From contig JBBIRR010000008.1 in the NCBI GenBank assembly GCA_037441705.1, positions 23,925 through 87,924 of the forward strand: 64,000 bases of DNA, read 5' to 3'. The DNA comes from Ignavibacteriales bacterium (GTDB taxonomy: Bacteria > Bacteroidota > Ignavibacteria > UBA10030 > UBA6906). Every line of letters begins with the position of its first letter. The stretch's first letter is position 1. Both the position numbers and the translations under genes were made by a program. The notes beneath the pieces were generated by a model that did not search any database, was not told where the DNA came from, and saw only the letters and a program-made list of their open reading frames with translations. Shown here piece by piece: positions 48,929 to 56,760 of the stretch.

Positions 48929-49527
48929 CAGTCTCATCGGCTTCCTGCAAAGTTCTGTTTTTGATGGCTGCCTTCGGCGTATGCATCCTTACGTGGTTGA
49001 ATCTGATGGCAAAGGAGAATATTGACGAACTCAAGCACGAGGTGGGATCTCTCAGGGAGTACAAAGAGCAAACACTGCGAGAAAAAGCAACCATAGGTAC
49101 GCAGTTACCTGTCAGTCTCCAGATAGCATTGCGCGCCGCCTCATATTCCACTTCCGAAGAACCTCAGTTCTGGCTCATCTACTTTGTTTCGGCGTCTTTG
49201 TGCAGACCTTGTTTTCAAGAAGACATTCAGGTTTTTCGTAATATGGTTCAGCGAAAGGGGAAATGTCTTGGCGTTTTCTTTGTCGGTCCAAGCCTCTCGA
49301 GCCGCGAGTTCTTGGGAATAAAGTCCTTTTTTGATGTGAATTTCCCGGCTACGCCAATTTCTTTTGACCCTGGTGCCCTGGGCATAGATAAGTACCCCAC
49401 GACTCTTCTTACAGACCGGCAAGGTGTCATACTTCTTCAAGCTGCGACAGTTGCCCACGATACGTTGTCTGCGTCTATTTCCCGACTTGCTTTTTATCAG
49501 CTGGTTGAGAACCTTTCCTGTAAATGA
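48907..49527 (+). CDS. Membrane-anchored thioredoxin-fold protein (TlpA/MauD-like)
   Basis: N-terminal TM + coiled coil; LIYFVSASLCRPC; YPTTLLTDRQGVI cis-Pro motif. Confidence 0.7.
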   Translation: MVSLSPITVSSASCKVLFLMAAFGVCILTWLNLMAKENIDELKHEVGSLREYKEQTLREKATIGTQLPVSLQIALRAASYSTSEEPQFWLIYFVSASLCRPCFQEDIQVFRNMVQRKGKCLGVFFVGPSLSSREFLGIKSFFDVNFPATPISFDPGALGIDKYPTTLLTDRQGVILLQAATVAHDTLSASISRLAFYQLVENLSCK

Positions 49528-49567
49528 TGGCAGTTGTTCCGCCAACTCGAATGCAGTCGGGATTGAA

Positions 49568-50881
49568 ATGTTCGTCAATAACATGTCTTTATCTTGTTCT
49601 CTATCTTTGATTCACACTTCCAAGCAGCGCGCCTTGAAAATCGCTGTTGTGTTATTACTTGGAACACCTCAACAGGGTCCTGCACAAGGTTTCTACGAAC
49701 GAGCTATTGAACATTTTGCCGCGGGTGAATATCGTTCAGCCCTCTCGTTCTTCGACTCTCTTCTCACACAACAACCGGGGAACCACCGGTTCCATTATCT
49801 CGGTGGATTGTGCAGATACTATATGGCCGACTATCAAGGGTCGGCAAAAGCAATGGAGGCTGCACTTCGTGGCGACTCCTTGTCGTCGCAGTATCACTTC
49901 GGATTAGGCAGGGCATATGCGGCCCTGAATCTTTTTCCGGCAGCCCGCGTTGCGTTTGAGAATGCAATCCGGCTGGACACGAATGCCGCTGTTGCGCGTC
50001 TTGAGCTGGTGCGCGTGTTGTGCATGATGAAACAGTTTGATGAGGTGAAACATTTGTTGGGTCTGACTCCAACGTTTGATGAACTCTTGGTGGTGGGAAA
50101 GGCCCTCCTCGGTGCAGGTAAGCTTCAGGAAGCGTTAGAGTATGGAACACGGGCTGTTTCGATGGACTCGACAACGTTCTCGTCCCGGCTTCTTCTTGCA
50201 GATGCGTATTTCGCTGCGCAACAGTACGATGACGCATTTGCTCTTTATGCTTCTCTGATGATGGAGGACCAGGATGCAGCTCATGTTGCACGGAAGCTGG
50301 CTTTCTGTTATGAGAAGCAAGGCTCACGCGGCATTCCGGTCGCGATCCTGATGATGCAAAAGTACATGAGACTCACCGGCGATACGACGGCAACCGATCT
50401 TGCTCGGATCGGATCGTGGTTCTACGCTCGCCGACACTTTGATTCTTCGGCTGTGTACTATGCGCTTGCCGCGGCGCGTGATTCAACGAGCGCGGAAGTG
50501 CGCTACAATTACGGACTTGCACTTTTCCGGCTGGGCAAGCTCCGTGACGCGGAGCGCGAACTTCGTACAGCAGAGCAGCTTTCCACGTCCGCGATGAAGT
50601 TTCAGGTGTCAATTGCCAATACGATTGCCGCCGTGCTGCTCCAACGAAAAGCGCCAAGTCAGGCGATTCAGTACTATCAGAAAGCATTGCGTATGGATCC
50701 GGCGAATCACGAGGCGATGTACGAGCTGGCGGTTTCGTACGACAGATCAAGGAAACAGACACAAGCCATCCGGTGGTACAAGAAATTCCTCAATAGTGTA
50801 CCACCCCGCCGTCAAGACGATGAGATGGTGGAGAATGCCCGCGCGCGTCTAGAGGAACTCGGTAGGCTCGGTAATCGCTAA
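49568..50881 (+). CDS. Exported tetratricopeptide-repeat protein
   Basis: Multiple TPR patterns (YNYGLALFRLG, AIQYYQKALRMDPANHEAMYELA); start may be TTG 49634. Confidence 0.85.
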   Translation: MFVNNMSLSCSLSLIHTSKQRALKIAVVLLLGTPQQGPAQGFYERAIEHFAAGEYRSALSFFDSLLTQQPGNHRFHYLGGLCRYYMADYQGSAKAMEAALRGDSLSSQYHFGLGRAYAALNLFPAARVAFENAIRLDTNAAVARLELVRVLCMMKQFDEVKHLLGLTPTFDELLVVGKALLGAGKLQEALEYGTRAVSMDSTTFSSRLLLADAYFAAQQYDDAFALYASLMMEDQDAAHVARKLAFCYEKQGSRGIPVAILMMQKYMRLTGDTTATDLARIGSWFYARRHFDSSAVYYALAAARDSTSAEVRYNYGLALFRLGKLRDAERELRTAEQLSTSAMKFQVSIANTIAAVLLQRKAPSQAIQYYQKALRMDPANHEAMYELAVSYDRSRKQTQAIRWYKKFLNSVPPRRQDDEMVENARARLEELGRLGNR

Positions 50882-50884
50882 GTA

Positions 50885-51032
50885 TCCGCGCCGCGCAGGC
50901 GAGTCAGTGTTCTTCGTGTAATGTTTGACAGGCTCATGTCCCTCAGCTCCCTCTCGACATCCCGCCCCGTCACGGTGCTGATGTTCTACATCGGCGTGGT
51001 GATGCTTGGCGTTATCGCGTTCTTCAGTCTGA
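50885..51032 (+). repeat. Second copy of the direct repeat (intact RND 5' end)
   Basis: Matches 47269-47415. Confidence 0.92.
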
Positions 51033-54000
51033 GCGTAGACTTCCTTCCTCCCATCAAAATCTCGAAGCTGACGGTTCAAACATCCTATCCCAACACATCG
51101 CCGGAAGAAGTTGAGCGACGAGTGACGCAACCGGTGGAGGCGGCGCTTGCGACGGTGATTGGCGCTAAGCGGGTCGCTTCCGTCTCGCGCGGCGGACAGT
51201 CGGTGGTGACCGTGGAATTCTACTGGGGAACAGACATGGATTTTGCCCTGCTGGAAGTCCGTGAGAAGTTGGACCAGATGCGCGGCGCGCTGCCGCGTGA
51301 AGCCGGCCGCCCGACAATTCTGCGCGTCGATCCATCCACCGAGCCGATCATGACAATTGTGCTGGCTGCCGCCCCGAAACAGGAGCCGCGCATGCAGACG
51401 GTGGTGGACACTCTTCCGCTTCAGTCATCCCGACAAACGTTGTCGGGCTTTGCTGCGCACAGGGTGACGCCCGGCGGAAGCGACTTGACGGAGCTGAAAG
51501 AAACGGCGCGGGCACTCGTCAAGAAGCGCATCGAGCAGATTGACGGCGTTGCGCAGGTGAGCGTCCTGGGCGGCGTCGAGCGGGAGATTCACGTCATCGC
51601 AGACGAGCAGAAGTTGGACGCGCTCGGCATTTCACTCGACCAGGTGTCGCAGGCGCTCGCGCAGTCGAATGTGAGCCTCCCCGGCGGCTCGATCAGAAAG
51701 GGGCTGTTCCGTTATCCACTGCGCGCGTTGGGCGAGTTTGCGTCGCTGGACGACATTCGCTCGGTTGTCGTGCACACAACGCCTGCAGGACGGCTCGTCC
51801 GCATCTCCGACGTTGCCGTTGTATGTGACACGATCAAGGAACGCACGGGCATCACCCGCTACAACGGCAGTGAAGTTATCGGTCTGCACGTCCGCAAAGA
51901 GGCGGGCACGAATACGATTGAAGTCTCGCGCACGATTCACGAAGTGCTGAACCAGCTTCGCCGCGACTATCCTACGCTGCAGCTTAGCGTCATTGCCGAT
52001 CAGGCGGAGTTCATCGCGCAATCCATCGCCGATGTGCAGCAGGCAATTGCCATCGGAGCGGTGCTGGCGTTTCTCGTGCTCTTCCTCTTTCTGCGCCGGG
52101 CACGCTATCCGTTCATCATCGGCGTTACGATTCCCGTCTCGCTGCTTGCAACGTGCATCGTCATGTATTTTCTCGACATCAATCTCAACATCATCTCGCT
52201 CACGGGACTTGCGCTCGGCATCGGGATGTTGGGAGATAACGCCATCATCGTGATCGAAAATGTCACCCGTCTGCGCGAGAAAGGTATGCCGCTGCTCGAT
52301 GCCGTGTTGGAAGGCGCCAAAGAAATCAATCTCGCCGTCACCGCATCAACACTGACCAACGTTGCCATCTTTCTGCCGATAATCTTTGTCGAAGGCGTCG
52401 CATCGAAACTCTTTGTGGATATGGGCGTGACGATGTCGGTCTCGCTGCTCGTCTCGTTGTTTGTTGCCGTCACGCTCGTGCCGATGCTGCTCTCGCGCGA
52501 GCGCTCACGTCCGGCACAGGGGAGCGGCGGTGTCCTTGATCGCCTCGTTGTGCGAGTGAGGGAAACGAGTGAAGCGGCTTTGGACAGCTACCTCAGGTGG
52601 GGACTTGAGCATCGGTGGAAGGTGATCGGCTGGACGCTCCTCGCGTTTGCCGCAGCAATTGCAGTGGCCTTCACCATCCGCAGCGAGCCGGCGCCGGATA
52701 TTGATCAGAGTCGCTTTACGATTCAGATGACGTTTCCCAAAGGCGCGACGCTCGAAGCTGTGTCGAACAGCGTTGCGGAGCTTGAACGCCGCCTGCTTGA
52801 CGTGCGCGATGTCGAAGGCGTCTATTCTTCCATCGGCATCACGGATGAGACGAGCATCTGGCGCATCGGTGATGCCGCGCTCGAACGAGCGACGCTGGAG
52901 GTGCGAGTGAAGCGCGGTGCTTCGACGCGGAGTGTTCTGGAGGACGCGAGAACCATTGTCGCCTCGTTGCAGCGAGGGACGGCGGGCGTGGAGTTCGCGC
53001 TGCGTTCGCGCGGCACAACGTTCGAGCAAATCCTTCGCCCGGACGTGAACGACCTGCGGGTTCGGGTCACGGGCAAAGACCCGTCGGCTGTGGCACGGAT
53101 TGCCGCAAGCTTCTCCCTCCAACTGCAAGCGGTGCAAGGCGTTACGGACATCCGCACGTCGCAGCAGCTCGGCACGCCTGAGTACAGAATCGAGATTGAC
53201 CGCGATGAGGCGAAGCGTCACGGTTTGAGCGTGAAGAGCATTGCGGCGTTCATCAAGCAGCAGGTGCAAGGTGAAGAGGCGACGGCGCTGAGCGACTTCG
53301 ATCGAAAGGTGACAATCCGCGTTCGCAACGCGCGGGTCGACGATTTTGCATCGGTGCTCGATGCGAAGATTGGCGATGTCCCGCTGCGGAAGTTGGTGCA
53401 CTGGCAAGAGACGACAGGCGAAGGAGAAATCTGGCGCGAGAACCAGCAGCGCGCACACGTGATACTGGCCAACGTGCATGGACGTTCGTTGGGAAGTGTT
53501 GTGGATGAACTCGAGCGGCGCGCGGCGTCGGCGGTGCTGCCCGCCGGATATGCAATCAGTATCGGCGGAGAGAATGAGGAGATACGCGAGTCGTTCCGCA
53601 GTCTCTTCATTGTCATTCTGCTTTCGATCTTTCTCGTGTACATGATTCTTGCGGCGCAGTACGAATCGGTGCTCTACCCGTTCGTCATTTTACTCACGAG
53701 TCCGTTAGCGTTCATCGGCGCCATAGGCGCGATGGCGCTGACGGGACAAGCTTACAATGTCATGTCGCTCATCGGACTGGTGATCATGATCGGGGCGGTG
53801 GATAACGATGCGGTGATTGTGGTGGATGTGATCACGGCGTTGCGTCGGAGCGGTGTGCCGCTGCACGATGCAATTCGCAACGGCATGCAACAACGCCTTC
53901 GCCCGATTCTGATGACAACGGCGACAACGGTGCTCGGCATTATTCCGCTCTTCTTCGAGTTCGGCACCGGCTCCGAGCTTGTGCGGGCACTGACGGTGCC

Positions 54001-54088
54001 GATTGTGGGGGGACTCGTTGCGTCCACGCTGTTCACCGTAGTGGCCATCCCGGTTGTGTACACGTTCATTGATAGACGAGCCGCGTAG
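50936..54088 (+). CDS. RND permease 1 (AcrB/AcrD/AcrF family)
   Basis: RPV, SPEEVE..VT.P.E, GMLGDNAIIVIEN, RLRPILMTT; about 1050 aa. Confidence 0.95.
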   Translation: MSLSSLSTSRPVTVLMFYIGVVMLGVIAFFSLSVDFLPPIKISKLTVQTSYPNTSPEEVERRVTQPVEAALATVIGAKRVASVSRGGQSVVTVEFYWGTDMDFALLEVREKLDQMRGALPREAGRPTILRVDPSTEPIMTIVLAAAPKQEPRMQTVVDTLPLQSSRQTLSGFAAHRVTPGGSDLTELKETARALVKKRIEQIDGVAQVSVLGGVEREIHVIADEQKLDALGISLDQVSQALAQSNVSLPGGSIRKGLFRYPLRALGEFASLDDIRSVVVHTTPAGRLVRISDVAVVCDTIKERTGITRYNGSEVIGLHVRKEAGTNTIEVSRTIHEVLNQLRRDYPTLQLSVIADQAEFIAQSIADVQQAIAIGAVLAFLVLFLFLRRARYPFIIGVTIPVSLLATCIVMYFLDINLNIISLTGLALGIGMLGDNAIIVIENVTRLREKGMPLLDAVLEGAKEINLAVTASTLTNVAIFLPIIFVEGVASKLFVDMGVTMSVSLLVSLFVAVTLVPMLLSRERSRPAQGSGGVLDRLVVRVRETSEAALDSYLRWGLEHRWKVIGWTLLAFAAAIAVAFTIRSEPAPDIDQSRFTIQMTFPKGATLEAVSNSVAELERRLLDVRDVEGVYSSIGITDETSIWRIGDAALERATLEVRVKRGASTRSVLEDARTIVASLQRGTAGVEFALRSRGTTFEQILRPDVNDLRVRVTGKDPSAVARIAASFSLQLQAVQGVTDIRTSQQLGTPEYRIEIDRDEAKRHGLSVKSIAAFIKQQVQGEEATALSDFDRKVTIRVRNARVDDFASVLDAKIGDVPLRKLVHWQETTGEGEIWRENQQRAHVILANVHGRSLGSVVDELERRAASAVLPAGYAISIGGENEEIRESFRSLFIVILLSIFLVYMILAAQYESVLYPFVILLTSPLAFIGAIGAMALTGQAYNVMSLIGLVIMIGAVDNDAVIVVDVITALRRSGVPLHDAIRNGMQQRLRPILMTTATTVLGIIPLFFEFGTGSELVRALTVPIVGGLVASTLFTVVAIPVVYTFIDRRAA

Positions 54089-54162
54089 GGCGATCTCGCC
54101 AACGGTGTTGAACTCTTACGGATGGGAAGGGCGAACGATTCGTTCCGCTCTCTCCCCATCAA

Positions 54163-54501
54163 CTATTCGTAGACTTCGATGAAGCCATACTCTTCCGAGA
54201 CTTCGAGAGCTTCGATGTCGTTCTTTCGCTTAAGGAGGACTTCTTTCAGAAAGGTAGTTTGTTGATTTCCCATGCGAAGGAGTACCAGTTTCGGTGGAAA
54301 ACCTCGTTGAAGCTGCAGGCGAAGAAAATCTTCATCATTTCTCACGATTGTGTACTCGTTTGTTTTGGCGTACTGCCAGATTTCTTCATCTGCGGCGGGT
54401 TGAGACGTCGGGATGTTCTTGACATGTTCGATACCGGGATAGTGGGCGGCCAAATGTTGGCACAATCGCCACGAAAGGTTGGCATCGAGCAAGAGTTTCA
54501 T
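54163..54501 (-). CDS. DUF5615 PIN-like toxin (VapC45-like)
   Basis: MKLLLDANLS, DEEIWQYA, D.DF, LRMGN. Confidence 0.88.
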   Translation of the reverse strand: MKLLLDANLSWRLCQHLAAHYPGIEHVKNIPTSQPAADEEIWQYAKTNEYTIVRNDEDFLRLQLQRGFPPKLVLLRMGNQQTTFLKEVLLKRKNDIEALEVSEEYGFIEVYE

Positions 54502-54502
54502 T

Positions 54503-54730
54503 TCAGGTCAGAACGATTCTGCCTGATTGCTCGCGATGTGCAGCAAATGCTAATGCAGCGCGAATGCTCTCCTCACTCAACTCAGGGTAGTCTTGCAGGA
54601 TGTCTCCGATCGACATACCCGAAGCAAGCCAGGTGAGTATGTCTGCAACGGCGATGCGCGTGCCTCTGATGCAGGGTTTGCCGAAGCGGATTGAGGGATC
54701 AATGGAGATATGTTCGGTGAATGGTTTCAT
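54503..54730 (-). CDS. DUF433 antitoxin
   Basis: IDPSIRFGKPCIRGTRIAV..IL..LASG...ILQDYPEL....IRAALAFAA. Confidence 0.92.
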   Translation of the reverse strand: MKPFTEHISIDPSIRFGKPCIRGTRIAVADILTWLASGMSIGDILQDYPELSEESIRAALAFAAHREQSGRIVLT

Positions 54731-54845
54731 AACTGCCGATATCAATATACCACCGTTGCAGTTGTCCCGCAAGTAGTCGGACGGGTAAGCCTAGACTGGC
54801 GTTCACATCAATACTCACATTCTCTCATTGGTTAGGAGGTGAGCC

Positions 54846-55180
54846 ATGGGAACCGCACTCGACGATGTGATGATCTGGATCGATCTGCATCTTGATGCAA
54901 TAGAAACTATTACTGACGTTGCAGCCCACTTCGGAGTCGCTGAGGAAACACTCCGAAAGACTTTTGCGCGGGCCGAAGGTGTACCGCTCTCCGATTATCT
55001 CCGCAAGAAACGGGTAGAAGTCATGAATCATCTGCTTGCAACCAGCGACTCGAAATGTTATGCCATTTGCGGCAAGTAGGCATCAAGAGAGAGGACACGG
55101 GTGTGAAGCTGTTCAAACGGATGACGATGAATGAATACAGACGATTGCACGGCAACAGCGTCAAGAAGTGGGGGGGGTGA
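54846..55180 (+). pseudogene. Frameshifted stand-alone AraC regulator, paralogue of 44744..45190
   Basis: AGGAGG RBS; ORF stops at 55079 but homology continues in another frame as QVGIKREDTGVKLFKRMTMNEYRRLHG...WGG* (compare FGREDVLARWFKTRTGMTMREFREKNG). Confidence 0.78.
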
Positions 55181-55210
55181 GCTTAAACGACGATGATGTT
55201 ATGTCCCCAA

Positions 55211-55282
55211 TTGCCAACCGCTATCGCCAACCGCAATTGCCAAGAGAATGTGCTTGACTTCGCTCTTTGACGAGACTATCTT
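55211..55282 (+). promoter_or_regulatory. Cassette-3 operator/promoter
   Basis: YGCCAA at 55212, 55225, 55238; GAGAAT; TTGACT(55254)-17-TATCTT. Confidence 0.7.
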
Positions 55283-55562
55283 TGTTCAGCGCGCAAGTCA
55301 ACAAAGGATGCAGGAGATTACCGGAAGAATCCTCATCAATCCTCAGGCAGGAAAGGTCATCGTCTCGGGAATGACGTTCGTCTTTCTAAAGCCCTCTGTC
55401 TTTACCGCTGGGAGACGAGGAGTTGAGAACCAAAAAGCGGGAGCTATCCCCGGGAGGTAACATGTTTGCTTCAACACACCTTCAAGGCGCAAAATTTCCC
55501 CAGGGAATTCTTCGTCAGCAGGTTTACTCAATGACCCATCCCAAGGATTGTCGTCTGTTTGC

Positions 55563-56609
55563 ATGAAAACGCGCTCCATATATCTGGCTAGCTTTATATG
55601 TATGATTGTCGCAGGTTATTTCGTTGGATACAGATTTGGACCTGAAACCGGAGACGCCAGTGTCATTTCCCAACCCGGGAGCCTAAAATGGAAAGTGCCA
55701 TCCTTCGTAAACTCCGGACCTCGTGTTTGGAAGTCTGTGAATACAAGAATCTTGAGAATAGTGTCTCAAGAAACTCAGCCGTTGTACCATCCGACGACGC
55801 TCAAAGTCGATCAAGAGGCAAATATTTTTGTCATGGATTGGGGTGATCTGAGGATAAAGAAATACTCCTCCAATGGTCGTCTCCTTAATGTTGTGGGAAA
55901 GGGGAAGGGTAGTGGGCCTGGTGAGTTCCTGAATCCGTTGTGTTTTGACATTGCGGCAAACGGAAGTATCTGGGTATGTGATTCGGAAACAGGAAGGCTG
56001 AGTGTATTCAGGCACGACGGCGTACTTGAGCAGACAATAGGAACCACCCTTATTCCTTCGAGGGTGGTAGCGTTGACCGCGGGAAACTCCATCGTGCTTG
56101 GCCAGCACGGTGATGAGCTGTTTGCATTACTTGATTCTGAAGGAACCATACTCCGAAGGTTCGGCAGCTTCGTGACGGACCAGATCAAGAACAAGCTCAT
56201 CCTTGACGGATGGATAGCCCGTAACGGGAATGACGGGTTCGTCTATGCGCCGCTGTACGCAAGTATTCTCGCTGGTTATTCATCGCACGGGAGAGAGAAA
56301 TTCATTGTCGAGCTCGTGGATCCGGTCCCTCGACCCGCCCTGACCGTGACGAAGCAAGGCGTATACATCAACCCTGCGACTCCACTCGTTACCTTGTCCG
56401 TCAACAGATGGGGTGAACATGTGTACCTGCTGAATCGGTCTGCCTCGGTAGGCAGGGATGAGAATGCAAGTATTATTGATGCATACAATGCTGAGGATGG
56501 CAAGTACGCATACTCATTGAAGATTCCTGAACGTTCGCGTGAAGCATACATTACAGCACAAGCAGTTTATACGCTTGCTGATACAAGCATTACCGTTTGG
56601 AAACGGTAG
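55563..56609 (+). CDS. 6-bladed beta-propeller protein 3 (N-terminal membrane anchor)
   Basis: IFVMD, GKGKGSGPGEF.NP, IWVCD...RLSVF..DG. Confidence 0.82.
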   Translation: MKTRSIYLASFICMIVAGYFVGYRFGPETGDASVISQPGSLKWKVPSFVNSGPRVWKSVNTRILRIVSQETQPLYHPTTLKVDQEANIFVMDWGDLRIKKYSSNGRLLNVVGKGKGSGPGEFLNPLCFDIAANGSIWVCDSETGRLSVFRHDGVLEQTIGTTLIPSRVVALTAGNSIVLGQHGDELFALLDSEGTILRRFGSFVTDQIKNKLILDGWIARNGNDGFVYAPLYASILAGYSSHGREKFIVELVDPVPRPALTVTKQGVYINPATPLVTLSVNRWGEHVYLLNRSASVGRDENASIIDAYNAEDGKYAYSLKIPERSREAYITAQAVYTLADTSITVWKR

Positions 56610-56760
56610 GCAGAGAAGTGAGTGCACCGGCTAATGGGCCTTCTGCTAAACGACACAATCACGTCATTTCACGAGTTGCTTTTCCTCACACGAACCGTTA
56701 TTATGATAACGACACATTCAGCAAGCTGGCCAGCAACCTTCCCTTCTTTGTGTAGAAGAG

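Noticed and set aside
55248-55460. 70-aa ORF as the third precursor peptide
   Set aside because: No signal peptide, no Cys pattern, and it overlaps the predicted promoter
44710-56760. Classical integron or prophage
   Set aside because: No integrase, attC-like sites or phage genes seen
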